Source: Lophium mytilinum (taxonomy: Eukaryota). Taken from it: a stretch of DNA of 64,000 nt. The translations under genes and the position numbers were made by a program. Of the stretch, positions 38,736 to 52,000 are shown in pieces (position 1 is the first letter of the stretch; each line of letters begins with the position of its first letter). The notes under the pieces are model-generated. The model saw nothing but the letters and a program-made list of their open reading frames with translations. It was not told the DNA's origin and made no database searches. The stretch lies in the NCBI GenBank assembly GCA_010093605.1, contig MU004182.1:321502-385501 (forward strand), given 5' to 3'.

Positions 38736-39280
38736 CAAGGTTCCGCAGCCAGACGTCCACGGGTTTGTTCTCAAAGTCGGCACGTGCTCGGCTGCGAGCT
38801 TCGTCCTGAGCGAAGGGCGTCGTTTTCTTTCGTCAGCACGCTGCAAGGATGCCGACCCCGGTCACACCCCTGTCACCTCTCGTTCCGTTCTCCGACTCGG
38901 TGTTTTGCTTCACCGGGCCCACTTTTGCAAGCAATTTTCAGCCTCGTTTGGTGCATCCCACCACTCCCACTTCACCGCGCCAAGACAACACTTTGTCTAC
39001 TGGGAGGCGCCCGTGCACACGTGGACGCCGGTGGCTGCTGTGCTCTCAGTCTATCCTGCTCTTTCTCGACATCGCAGCATGCTGTGGAAGTTACCAAAGC
39101 CAAGGCGGAGTCCCCATGGAGCTACCAAGCGCTGGCAACTACACCAGCCGGCAACACTCGCCCAAGGCTATCGAGTTAGGCCCTCTGATAGCTCACGCGC
39201 ATTTGCGATTATTGTGAAAGGCCGGATAGGGAGAGGTTTCAAACTAGTCGCCGCCTAGAGGCACTCTACGAACTACCTTG
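38736..39280. promoter_or_regulatory. Candidate ZafA (CAAGGT) and PacC (GCCAAG) sites upstream of the ZIP gene
   Basis: CAAGGT at 38736-38741, ACCTTG at 39275-39280, GCCAAG at 38979-38984 and 39099-39104. These are short motifs that could occur by chance. Confidence 0.35.
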
Positions 39281-39669
39281 TCAGCTCATGTGCATAAGAA
39301 ATCGGGCGGCGAAGGCTCAACTGCGTCCAACTCATGCCATCTTCAATCACCGAAGTAGCGGGCCCCTCGTATGAGGACGGCCGTATATGGGTACCGTGAT
39401 GGAATGCACAGACAGCCCGTCACTCAGGTACTCGCAGGTGTCAGCGACCAACAGCGGGAGGCGGACGAGTCTTGTAAACCTCAGTCTTATATTGAGTTGT
39501 CTTGAGCGTCCGGCCGGTAGACGCACTGTCCCATCACCTATCCAAGTTTTCTGTCCGTATACGAGCTTACGTAGAAAGTCTTTAGGTGAGGAAAGTGCAG
39601 CTCCACCATGAGTGGCCAGAACGCGGACCCAGGAAAACCAAATGCGGGGAAGACGCGTGACGGTCAGGA

Positions 39670-40100
39670 ACGTCATCGAGATCGTAGATCCGCCGCCATG
39701 GCAATCTCGACAGTCCGCTCCCATCATCGACAGCCACATAGCATCGGGCCTTTCTGCGAGCCGTGATGGACAAGTTCATGGTCGCCAACGAGTTCAGTTT
39801 CAACGCTTTCTGCTGTCTCATCGCAGCTCGAGCAGCCAGATGAACGGCGCCGAGCCCAATCGCACCAGCTCCCGAGCTGGTGCAGTAGCGGGAGAGGCTC
39901 CCTGACAGCTCCTCAACACTCATCCAATCAAATCAGCACGGCTGGCCAGACGCGGCGGCCAGAGTCACAAGCTCTACTACATGACGTACAAGATACTTCC
40001 ATCCAAGAGCTTTCTGCTGCCAATGCCTGCCGTAGCTACTTACTTACCCACCGCATCATCCTGCTTCTCCACAGCTGCCTAAACCTTCCTGCCTTTATAA
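39670..40100 (+). promoter_or_regulatory. Opsin promoter: TATA box, CRE-like sites and paired GATC
   Basis: TATAA at 40096-40100; TGACGTA at 39982-39988; ACGTCA at 39670-39675; GATC-GTA-GATC at 39680-39690. Confidence 0.35.
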
Positions 40101-40161
40101 GTGCAGCTTCCTCTCACAAACTTTTTCCACCTCCAATTTCTTCACCCTTACATCAGCAACC

Positions 40162-41174
40162 ATGATTGACCCCATTCAAGCCATGAAGACCAGCGGTGTC
40201 GCTCCAATCCCGAGTGTCGTCCCAGACCGTCCAACCTACCAGCACGTCCATGACTCTGGCTCACGGACACTATGGGTTGTCTTTGTGATAATGGTCATTG
40301 CTTCCATAGTATTTGCGGGCATGTCCTGGCGAGTTCCCGTGGTATGTTCCTAGTCTTCATGCCTAGGTCACCTCACCAATGGCATCGATGACCTTACTAA
40401 CCCAACTATAGTCTAAAAGGCTTTACTACGTGTTGACCACCATGATCACCATATTCGCTTCCATCTCGTACTTCGCAATGGCAACCGGCCATGGCATCAG
40501 CTACAACCATATCAAAGTGCGCGAGTCTCACAACCACGTGCCCGACACTTTCCACGATGTCTACCGCCAGGTCTTCTGGGCTCGATATGTTGATTGGAGT
40601 GTCACCACGCCGCTCCTCCTCATCGACCTTGGCCTTCTCGCCGGCCTCAACGGTGGGCACATGCTCATGGCCGTTGTTGCCGATATCATTATGATTCTTA
40701 CCGGCCTTTTTGCTGCCTTTGGCTCCGAGGGAACACCTCAGAAGTGGGGATGGTACACCATTGCCTGTATTGCGTACTTGGTCGTTGTCTGGCATCTAGC
40801 CATCAACGGACGCGTTACTTCCAAGGCCAAGGGCTCCAAGGTTGGAAAGTTCTTCGTTGCCATTGCAGGCTTCACTGTCATCATCTGGACCCTTTATCCA
40901 ATCGTCTGGGGTATTTCGGTGAGTAGTATCCACCCTCCGTTTTACAAATGGGGCTGTACTAACTGAATCATAGGATGGCTCTCGCAAGATGTCTGTTGAC
41001 TCGGAGATCATTGCCTACGCTGTTCTGGATATCCTGGCCAAGCCAGTGTTCGGTGCCTGGCTCTTGATCACCCACGCTAGATTGCCCGAGACAGACATCG
41101 ACCTTGGCGGTTTCTGGTCTCATGGACTCGGCGGCGAGGGTGCGCTTCGTCTGAACGATGATGATGGTGCATAA
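40162..41174 (+). CDS. Microbial (type I) opsin, Leptosphaeria-rhodopsin/NOP-1 family, 3 exons
   Basis: Spliced ...SWRVPV|SKRLYYVLTT...SYFAMATGHG...WARYVDWSVTTPLLLID...KWGWY...WTLYPIVWGIS|DGSRKMSVDSEIIAYAVLDILAKPVFG; retinal-binding Lys present. Confidence 0.96.
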
Positions 41175-42015
41175 ATGCCCATCATGGCATAGAGGCCCCA
41201 ATTTGTTCCCTAGCACAGACTGGAAAAAGTAAAAGTTGTTTCCGTGTAATCTAGCGTTTGGGCCTTAGTGTCTGGAATCTTAATTATCCACATATTCTTT
41301 ATGGGGTGTGAAGGCTAAATTCACATTGTTTGTTGAACACGCTTAAATGGTCACATCGCGTGCGGTAATGGGCTTGTTCAAGCTGTTGTAGATGGAGTGC
41401 CGGGAATATGAACTATTTCTTGATCTGTGAATGTATCACTGTGAAGTAGTAGCAAGGTGACAGACCGTTGTGTACTACGTGAGTCAAGCTCGTCGCCCGA
41501 CCCCCTTACCTAAGATGGAAAAATCTAACGCATGTGTTGCCAGCTTATGCCTATGTTTCGGCTATGGTTTGGACGGTACAGCGTAATCCGTGAGTCTGTG
41601 TCCGCCTCATATTAGAACTCACTGAGGCTTGATATCAAACGTCAAGGAGCGGAAGTCTGAGCTAGATCTTGACTATCCGGCTCTCCAACAACAAGACCGC
41701 ACTCACTCGCGGCTGGAATATTCGTTTGTCTGTAGTTAAGGTGTAGTACTGTATCAAAGGTCGGTTAGGCTTTCTAAGGTTAAGAGAACCGCTGCTGGTG
41801 TCTCATCGCGTCTTGATTAAACCCCCGATATGTGAGGGAGGCATGTCTCTCACCATTTCAATGCAAGGACTGCAAGGTGCGACCCACTTTCAACCACGGC
41901 TCGATCTTGCCACACAAATCCGGTACAATATTGTCCAGTAATCCTCCCGATACGTCAGAAAGTAAAGAGCATACATCACTAGCTGCGAAGATTCTAAAGT
42001 AGCTGGTACCTCGCG

Positions 42016-42749
42016 ATGAAGAGAAGCCTGCTCGTCGCCTCCATGGCACTGTTCGGTGTTGCGTAAGTCTGGGCTGCTGCAAGTATCGGAAATGGTTCTG
42101 ATCATGCACAGGCGGCCCTCTCCCCTCCCAGACGCAGACCCAACGTGTACGATTAGCATCAGGAAAAGGCCGTCTTTCGAGACCAACTGCACCTTCTTCG
42201 CTGAGACGAAGACACGGACACAATACACTGACTGTGGTGGATGTGCACTTACAACAAAGTACTACGGCCTTGGACTTGTGAGTCTACTCCTGGTATGCTT
42301 GTATCTAGACCACTGGGCTGATAGCTGACTCTCATGCATAGCCTTGCAGAGTGTCTACGACTGTTGAAGGCGTCGCACATGTGACCGAGACTGCTTGCGA
42401 TGCTGCTGGCCCGACGGAGCAGAGTAGCCTTGCATTCTTCACACCGACTCCTACGCCTCTTCCAGTACTCACGCCAGAGGAGTACCCTTCGATGATCGCA
42501 GCGTCTCCAGCTCCCACGTGCACCCAGTATGTGTTTCCAAACATGATAGACGAGAACTTCACCGAGGGCGTATGCCATGAGTACCCCGGCACATCAATCA
42601 CAACAACGTATACCGACTGTGGAGGCTGCGCATTGGAGACATTTGCCTTCGGGCCTGGCCCGGTACTGCCCCCTTGCACCGAGACGGTGACGGAGGAGTT
42701 CTGGTCAGTCATGACGGAGACGGCGTGTGAGACATCTGGGTCGCTATAA
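42016..42749 (+). CDS. Small secreted Cys-rich protein, 206 aa, two tandem 6-Cys domains (exons 42016-42062, 42112-42277, 42342-42749)
   Basis: Signal-like MKRSLLVASMALFGVA; introns GTAAGT...CAG and GTGAGT...TAG; exons total 621 nt in frame; YTDCGGCAL and TETAC each occur twice. Confidence 0.82.
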
Positions 42750-43228
42750 CCTCTTGTATTGCGACTTTCGTAGGATAGCTGGTATCTTGGACGGGGATTC
42801 GACGTATTGCTGCTGTCTGCTTGCAAGCTCTTAAACTGAAGCACGGAATTGGCCAGGCAATCGAAGTGTGTCTTCTTCAGATGCTGTCAAAGCACCCATT
42901 ATCATGCAGGACGAGGCCTACGACTCCCGTGACACGGCCGGTCAGAGTCGGGATGACTTGAGTGAATGTTACGCCGATCTCGAGACAGCGAGAACAGACG
43001 TCACCTGGCACGGGCCGAATAGCGGTTGGCAGCGCGACGCCGCTTGCAGGGCGGGATTGGCTTGTTTTCCCCGCTGTGCGCAGGTGGACGAAGCTCGTGG
43101 AGGAGCTGTCTCACCACCTCCCAGCTCCCATCTACCACAACTACTCCCATAAAGCCCTCTCTTGCGCCTAATCTGCACCAGGTTCTTCCACAGCAACCCC
43201 ACCAACCTCAGAAGCAACAACCCTCAAC

Positions 43229-43920
43229 ATGGCCGAAGAAGCCTCGCCCGTCGACCACACCCCCATCTCTCCCGTCCGTGCCGGTGGCATTCGCCGTAAC
43301 TCGCTCGAGAAGCACCTCCAGCACCGTCCAGAGGCTCAGGACCTGAAGAACAGGCATATCCTGCTGGATACTGCTGCTGCACCGTATGTCTACCTTGGGC
43401 GTGCAAATCGCCATGTTTGCTGCCTTTCCAAACAAAGAACACTGGCTGACCGAGCTTTTGGGCGACAGGGCGCTGCAGTCCAAGGCGCTGGAGCTCGAAC
43501 GACAGCGTGCGACCGACAATCTGAAGAAGGGGCTGGCTCAGAGACCGGAGAGAGACGAGCTGGTTGAGCGTACGTGCTATTTCTCACTCCAGCTGCCCTT
43601 GAACATGACCTGTATTATACACCGCAAACCTCATTTTGACGCTCTTTGGGATTATAGGCAACATCCTCCCAGACTCGAACGCTGCCCCTGCTCTTCAAGG
43701 CCATCAACGCGAACTTGAGCGCCACATGCGTGCGAATAGCCTCGAGAAGGGCTTGCAGGGGAGGCCCAAGCCGGAGGATTTGGTGAAGCAGGGCATTCTG
43801 GAAGGTACGTGACCTGCTACAACCATCCGAAGGTTTTTACTGGCTTGAAATTGCCGGTTGTGCTGCTGAAATAGTGACTGACTCAATGCAGAGGATGAAA
43901 TCCCCGTCAAGGACGCGTAG
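43229..43920 (+). CDS. RPEL-repeat protein (3 RPEL motifs, 4 exons)
   Basis: LEKHLQHRPEAQDLKNRHIL; LKKGLAQRPERDELVER|NIL; LEKGLQGRPKPEDLVKQGIL; last exon EDEIPVKDA* ends at 43920. Confidence 0.9.
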
Positions 43921-44832
43921 AGCCCCACCTACGTCGAACGATTACGAAGTTGGCAAACACATCATCTATATATGAGTGTGCTATGGACCAGAAGCAACAT
44001 GGTCGGGTGCCCGAGCCAACATTCATTTGGGCATAAATGAGATGGGAGTCAAGGAGCTTGAACTTGTGGCATGCATCTACGGAGCACGAGCAGTTGAACA
44101 GTTCCCCACGAGGCCATTGCAGAATGTGCTAGTGTTTGAAGCCGTGGCTAGCTTCCGTGTACCCAATGGCAAATTGTTATGGTATATTGTGAGTTTTGCT
44201 AGCGCGTGTATGGGCAGCGTACTTTAGTCTTCATGTGAATGCGTGCATGTCTGCAGATGGTAGGGCTATACGGCCAGTAGCTATTGAAGTGCCTGAATTG
44301 ATTTGGGACCTAGGCTTCTACCACGTCGTACTAGAATTTCATCACTGCTGATAGTTGAAAATGGGATTGGCTAGTCACGCTTATATCTAAATTTAAGACC
44401 TCCTCCTTACTGTAATGCAGTCCATCAACTTATCTCCGACACCCTCTGGCTTAAAATCCCGGAATCGTCCGTTGCCTTATTACAGGAAGCGATAAGATTG
44501 CATTTGGCGTAAACCTGGGATCTTTCATACTGATCTAGAATTCGACATGAACCGATCTGAGAACCATATTCACTGAGCGATGCGGCCTACGTCCTACTAG
44601 CGTAGCGGCAAGCATTTGCAAATGGAACCAACCATTAGAAAACACACTTCCAAGAGCTCGTTCATATTCGCAGTGTTGTATCTATCTAGTCACTGTGTGG
44701 TATCAATCTAGTTCCTCCTTTAAGACCACGCTTCTTTGCTCCAGTCAAGCCAAGGAGATAATGAAATAAACTCGATAAATTCGCCCACTTTTACCACTTC
44801 TCCCTCTATCTTCAATTTCGCTTCCAGCGTTC

Positions 44833-46718
44833 TCATCTTGTCAGCTTCTTCTCCCGGATAAACCACGCAAAAAACGCCGAACCACCGACAAGAACAATGC
44901 TAACTATGAATGCCGCCCGTGTGCTCTTTCCATAACAATCTCTTACGACTTCTCTCACCCCAGGCTCTAATGTCTTAATATATTCCAGGCTCTGCCTGAC
45001 CCGTCGGGCAATCTCAGCAGCATCTTCGCCGCTGCTCAGTGCGCTCTCAAGATTGAGACGCAGGACCTGATTGGCAGCAGTGGCGCATATAGAGACGCCA
45101 AACACACTGCCAAGCGAGCGGAAAAGGTAGGAGCATGCCGTTACGACAGCTTGATCGGCTTGATCGGAGTTGGCAACTGCAACAATTAGTTAGGAGAGGT
45201 TCGGTGAGCTTTAAGGGCGGGGTTATCATACTTAGAGCAATGAGTGAAGTAGTTACGCCGATGCCGGTCGAAAAGGCGCAGACCATCATCCCTAGAATGA
45301 TGCCGACGGTAGATTTGACGGCCATGCCGGTGAATAGAAGGACCAGACCCATACCGAGTACGAGATTCGAGTATGCAATGACCGTGAGCCAGTAATACTT
45401 CCCCGTCTTCTGCATGTAGAACCCTCCGAATAGAGATCCGAAAACGCCACATAGGACTTGGGGTATGAGGCGGAATCCGGCTTGCGTAGCTGACATGCCA
45501 TCGACAACTTGAAAGTACATCGGGACATAGAATTGCGCAGCTAGCCATCCGCTGAATGAGAAAAAATTACAGAGGTAGCAAGCGAAAAGCGCTCGATCGA
45601 AGATTATGTGGCCTGGGGCGAAAGGATGTGAAGCTGCATACATCTCCACCAGGACGAATATTATGAAGAGCGGGATGGAGACGGCGATTGAAACAATCGT
45701 GATCGTGTCTTTCCAGGCAACGTTACTCCCCCGATCTAGCCCAAGGAGCAATGTGAAGACAGCAGAGATGAGTACGAGCGCCCCAAGGAAGTCTATCTTG
45801 AGTATCTTGACTTTCCAGTGACTGCTCTCCTGCTTGGGAAGCTGGAGGACAAAGAAGACGGAAGTGAATGCAATCAAACACAGCGGCGCCTGGAGGATGA
45901 AGGGCCACCGCCAGCCGATAGAGTCAGCAAGGATGCCACCCAGCGGGGCGCCTGAGGCTGCACCAGTTGCATAGACGATATTGATGTAGCCTTGCCACTT
46001 TCCACGCTCCCGAAGTGGTATGGCGTCAGACATCAGGATGGAGACGACGGTAGTCATTCCGCCGCCTCCGATACCCGCAAAGGCACGAGCTGCGATGAGC
46101 TGGTTCATGTTCTGTGCCAGGCCGCAGAACAGACAGCCGAGACCGAACACCAGATACCCGAATAGTAGACATGGCTTCCGGCCGAAGATGTCGGAGAGCT
46201 TCCCGTACAAGGGTTGGAACGAGGTCAGAGTCAAGAAGTATCTGAAGTCATATTAGCTCTATTTCGGTTTAAGTGCGATTTAAAACCCACGATGTTGCTA
46301 TCCACGAGGTTTTGTTTAGTGCCTTCAGGTCTGTGCCGATGATGCCGTAAGTCGATATGATGATGGTTTGGTCGGCAGCGGACAGGAATACCTGGGCACA
46401 AGGAAGTGAGTGTCAGCCTGAATTCAATGACTCTATTTTTGATGTACTTACTCCAATTGCTATTGCCGGGATGAGGTACTTTAACTTCTTTTGTACGTCG
46501 GGGATGCCTTCATACTGCTTTGGCGGGACTGCGTCGCCAGCGCCAGCCTCGCGTTCGACGTCACTTCCTTCCTCATAAGTCTCATCGTAAGGGTCTGCAC
46601 CCTCGGGTACAAGGCCGGCACTTGCATCTACGGGGTGAGTAGCAAAATTTCGATGTGTGTCTGGCCTCGGGAGCAGAGGTGAAGTCTCGGTATGAACGGT
46701 GGAGTTGTCGTTCTCCAT
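44833..46718 (-). CDS. MFS 14-TM drug:H+ antiporter (DHA2/Vba-like), 4 exons
   Basis: ETSPLL; FLSAADQTII; LTLTSFQPLYGKLSDIFGRK; ARAFAGIGGGG; PLRERGKWQG; GWRWPF; KIDFLG; SYLFRSLG. Confidence 0.92.
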
Positions 46719-47087
46719 GGTGGGGTGATGGTGGAGTATCGGTGACCTCAAGAAAATGAGTACGCTTGAAGCAAGCTACGAAGCAGTTCAAAGCATCACG
46801 TAAATAACTAGGCACCACCCGCAACAAAGCGTTTGTTCGCCGGGACTCGGGAACAGCGGCTTACCTAGTTGGACGAAGACGCCAACCGATGTCCGCATTG
46901 CAGCATCAAGGCTTATCATCGGCGGCAATCACTATAGAAACGCTCGGGAGCTGCCTTAGTTGGGATTAAAGGAACGGCTTTGAAACGCGACTTCAATTCT
47001 GATTCCGCGGGACTCCACTGTACGTCATGTATGTCTTCTTCAATGAATCGATTGATTATATACACTGATCCCCCTTATACGCCCCGT

Positions 47088-48453
47088 CTATGTGCTTTTC
47101 TGAGCCGAAAGAGGTAGATCGTCAAACTCTTTCTTGATGAACTGCCTCACCTTCTGCAAGCCTTCTTCAACTACTTCGGTGTCGTTGACATATCCGATAC
47201 GCACGTATCCCAAGAACTCTTTGCCGAATGACTCATCTCCAGGGACGAACATCACCCCTGTCTTCTCTAATAGCTGCTTGCAGAACTCCACTGCGTCTAT
47301 GGGGCTATCCGGGTCCCCGTCTTTGTGGAACTTCACGAAAGCCGTCGTGCCAGCAAGCGGCCTGACCCATCGACACAGATCGTCATGTTTGTTGACAAAC
47401 TTCTCAAGTAGTGCAAGGTTCTTTTTGGCTAGCTGGATGTTCCTGCTGAGCAGATTGTGGACGGTGTTCGCGTCCAGAGCAAATGCGGCTACCTGTTCGT
47501 CTAGTTGACTGACTGATATCGTCGTGTAGTGCCGCGCATGTGCAACTTTTTCGATAACGTCCTGGTCTCGAGATGCCAGCCAGCCTACGCGTATACCTGC
47601 GAGGGCATATGCCTTCGATAGCGAGCCTGTTACTGTGACTTTACTGTAGCCCATGTTCAGTAATGAGGGAGGGAATTCGGACTCCACAGGAGTGATGGAG
47701 TGAAAAATTGGACGGTAGACCTCGTCACTGAGAATCATGATGTCGTTCTTGGCTGCCACGTCGATGATCTTCTTCAGGAGTGACTTCTTCAGGACGGCGC
47801 CGGTAGGATTGTTGGGATTACTGTTTCAAGAGGTGTGAGTAGAAGCGTAGAGTAGGACGACGTGAAGTTGCTGTTCCGGACTACTTCGATATACAATCAC
47901 GTGACTTACTTTATGACAATGAGCTTCGTGTTTGGCTTGATGAGTGCCTCGAGCTCTTCGATATCTGGTATCCACGCCTTCTCGGGCCTCGCATGCCAGA
48001 GATCTACCTCAGCACCGAGAGAGGCGGGCACAGAGTAAAGGGCCTGGTACGTAGGATAGTGGCATATGACATGATCTCCAGGGCCAATGAGTGAATAGAA
48101 GTACAGGTAATTGGCAGCAATGGCTCCAGGCGTCGTCAGGATGCTTTCCGGGGAAAGTGGCGTACCGCCTCGAGAGGAGTAGAGTTTGGCGAGATTTGAT
48201 CTTAGAGCATCGGAGCCCCGAATGGACCCATAGGTCAGCTTAGTTGCCGGCTGGAGGACTTCAGCAGACTTGTCGTCTGAGAAGGATTTCAAGTCTTCGA
48301 TCGAGATGGACGCACAGCACGTCTCGGCGAGCTGGTATTTGGCTTTGGTTTCGTACTTGTCCATCCACTGCACGTGGTAAGTCTCTTGCACGGCATGTGG
48401 AATGCTATGGGACCACCTACCAGCTCCACGGAAAAGGGTTCGAGGTGCACCAT
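47088..48453 (-). CDS. PLP-dependent class I/II aminotransferase-like enzyme, 3 exons
   Basis: MVHLEPFSVEL|WMDKYE...LAETCCASIS; TTPGAIAAN; YPTYQAL; NPNNPTGA; ILSDEVYRP; GSLSKAYALAGIRVGW (PLP Lys); YVRIG. Confidence 0.92.
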
Positions 48454-49096
48454 CCTGGCTATGCCTATTGAGTAGACTTCCTGCTTTCTACTAGGGTAGT
48501 TGACAGGGCAGGGCTAGGATTTATAGGCGTGAAGGAGCAGTACTTAGACAGATCCGTATGTTAGTGGGCTGCGGGAGGAAAATGTCAATGTCAATCAGAG
48601 GGCGTGATGTGCCGCTTGGCCGTCCCAATCAGGCGTCTATGATTTAGTGGTACCTGAACGCTGCAGTCAACTCGCAGTGAATAGCTCTCGCAACACGCAG
48701 CAGCTTCACACGGTCACGTCGGCAGGGCTCTTCCGCACATGCTCGGGCTGGATGCCTTCGGTGTCGCATCAGCTGCCTTTGCGGGCTAAGTACGCGGCCG
48801 ACGGATCGGCCTTGGCTTCGGGCAGTGCCACGGTGCCACTGAGATGATGATTGCTATGATGGATTGCTGCGTCTCGTCTCCCCCGCAACAGCTAAACTAC
48901 AGCTAAACTGCAGCTTCCGACGGCGAACACCACGCGCACGTCTGTTTACTCACGCTCCTTGACCATCCAGCCATCACCAGCTGCCCGCCAGGCACGCCTC
49001 GCTCCCTTGCCTCTTGTCCGCGACCCTCTACAAGTCCCCGTCGTCTCTAGCGCACTCGTCGACCTCTCGAGCTTCGTCGCCTGACGGAGCTGCGCA

Positions 49097-52000
49097 ATGC
49101 GCCGCACACGATGGAGCTTCGCTCTCCTGCTCTCTGCTGCCCTCCTGTGGCCAGCGGGAGCCCAAAAGACACACGGCAACTATTCCACCCCGGTCGATGA
49201 CCTGCTCGACGCGCCCTTCTCTCTGTACGATGACCGGCCGGACGGTTGCCCTCCGTGCTTCAACTGCAATCTCGAAGACTTCGCTTGCCACCAGTTCGCC
49301 CCGTGTAGCAAGGCGAATGGAAAATGTAGCTGTCCACCTGGGTTCGGGGGGGAGGACTGCTCCGATCCAGTCTGTGGAGGCCTGTCCGATGGCAAAGACA
49401 GATCGCCACGACAAGACCGATACTGCAACTGCAAAGAGGGCTGGGAAGGCATCAACTGCAACGTCTGCAAAACCGACGATGCCTGCAACGCTATGATGCC
49501 TGAGGGCAAAGACGGCGTCTGCTACAGAGAAGGGCTTCTAGTTAAGGAGAACTACCAGATGTGCGACATCACCAACCGCAAGATCCTCGACCAGCTCAAG
49601 GATCAGAAACCTCAGGCAACCTTTTCCTGTACTGAAGAGAATGATGAATGTAACTTCCAGTGTAAGCATTCAGGCTCGGACATGTCCTCTCTGTTCTCCG
49701 CTAATCAAGCTAGTCTGGGTCGATCAGAAAGAGTCCTTCTACTGTGCTCTGGACACGTGCGTCTGGAGCGCCACCGCCGAGACCAACCGCAATACCACAC
49801 AATACAAGTGCAAGAACGTCAAGTGTAAATGTATCCCGGGTCGGATGCTCTGTGGAGAGGAGGGCTCCATCGATATCGGAGACTTCTTGGCCCAGTCTAT
49901 CAAAGGTCCTGCTGAGTTCGCGTCGATTTCAACTGAGGGTGGTAGCAAAGAGGATGGCAGCATCTTTTCTGAGCCGGCAATGAACGAGCTGATCTCGAGC
50001 GTTTTCGGCGACACGAGCATCTTCCTAAAGTGCAATTCTGGAGAGTGCTTGCACAGGACCGAGCTACCAGGTTACGAACGACCGGTCAAGAAGATTAATA
50101 CGCCACTGATCGCAGGCGTCATCGCAGGCTGCTCGCTTTTCGTGGTCGCTGTCGTTCTCACCGTGTGGTATCTTTCAAGAAGAGCTGAGAGGAGGAAATG
50201 GGGCGCCATTCATTTGTCTGATGACGAGGAAGATGAAAATGCCAAGCTGCTCGCGGACCATAAACCAGCTGCTCTCTATTTCCAGAATGTTGCCTACCAA
50301 CTAAATGGGAAGCAGATTCTTTCTGGTATCACTGGAGCTGTACACCCGGGCGAGCTTTTGGCCATTATGGGTGCCTCAGGTGCAGGAAAGACGACCTTCC
50401 TAGATATCCTTGCCCGCAAGAACAAGAGAGGCGCGATCAACGGGGACTTCTACCTCAATGGTGAGAGGGTCATCGATGACGAGTTCAGGAGTGTCATTGG
50501 TTTTGTCGACCAGGAAGACACGATGCTTTCTACGCTCACTGTGCACGAGACCATACTCGACTCCGCCCTTCTTCGACTTCCGAAAGAAATGAGTCGGACG
50601 TCTAAAGAGCAAAAGGTTGAGGATGTGGAAAAACAACTCGGGATTTATCACATTCGAAACCAGGTCATCGGTTCGGAGGAGAGCGTACGAGGTATTTCTG
50701 GTGGCGAAAAGCGACGGGTTGGAATTGCCTGTGAGCTTGTCACGAGTCCCAGCATACTTTTCCTGGACGAGCCTACGAGTGGTCTGGATGCTTTCAACGC
50801 CTTCAACGTAGTCGAGTGTCTCGTCAGCCTTGTGAAGAACTACAACCGGACTGTCGTTTTCACGATTCATCAGCCGCGCTCCAACATCGTCGCACTATTC
50901 GATCAACTGATCCTTCTTGCGAAAGGAAGGACAGTGTATTCCGGCCCTTTCTCCAGTTGTCAGCCATACTTTGACGATATCGGGTATCCTTGTCCTCCTG
51001 GATTTAACATTGCGGATTATCTTATAGACCTCACTATGCATGCTGGAGCGGCTCATACGCCTATCGATGAAGACAGTCCTTTGTTTGCTCGAGACGGGCT
51101 TCGCACAAGCGCTAGTAGTGCCATTGCCGTCAAATCCATACCTAGTATCTCCAGCATTGGGCCTGAGGCTACCGGTAGCCCTAGCATTTCTAGTATCCGC
51201 CCCAAGGGCAAGCGGCGGACCTCAATCAAGCAGCAACAAGAGAGGGAGCTTTTCACAAGGAAAAAGAGCAACGCTCCACCAGATGGTACGACTACCCCTA
51301 AGAATGATGATGAAGTTTCACTGCTTGATCCGCGCGAGAGCAACGTTCAGTGGCTAAAATTATCCCGTCAACAAGGTGCACCTCCCCCCCAGATTCTCGA
51401 AGATCCCGACGAGCTTCCCCCACCAGCGAATGGAGGCACTGGAACCAACCTCGACACTCTGGTGGTCGCATATGCCACCTCTGAAGTAGCTGGGTCACTC
51501 CATGACGATATCTCGGACGCTATCGCCAACGCAAATGAGGCCAATGGGACGCCACCTGGCGAACAGGCAAATGGGGTAGCGGTTTCTGGCAAAGTGAGAG
51601 GATTCCGCAAGGTTGGCTGGTTTGGACAGTTTACCATCTTGTCCCTTCGGACATGGCGTAATCTGTACAGGAATCCCATGCTGATGCTCACGCACTACGC
51701 GATTGCTATCGTTCTCGCCGTATTCCTCGGATTCCTGTTCTACGGCCTCACAGACGACATCAAGGGCTTCCAGAACCGGTTGGGTCTGTTCTTCTTCGTG
51801 CTAGCTTTATTCGGCTTCAGCACGTTGACTGTTTTGACAGTCTTCGCCCCAGAGCGCCTTCTATTCACCCGGGAACGAGCGAAGGGATACTACTCACCCG
51901 TGTCCTACTTCGCGGCTAAAGTGCTCTTCGACATCGTGCCGTTACGTCTCATTCCGCCTATCATTCTAGGCGCGATTGTGTATCCAATGACTGGCTTGAT

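Noticed and set aside
38107..39923. Many overlapping ORFs of 90-260 aa between the ZIP and opsin genes
   Set aside because: GC-rich promoter DNA with no recognisable domain in any frame; likely spurious.
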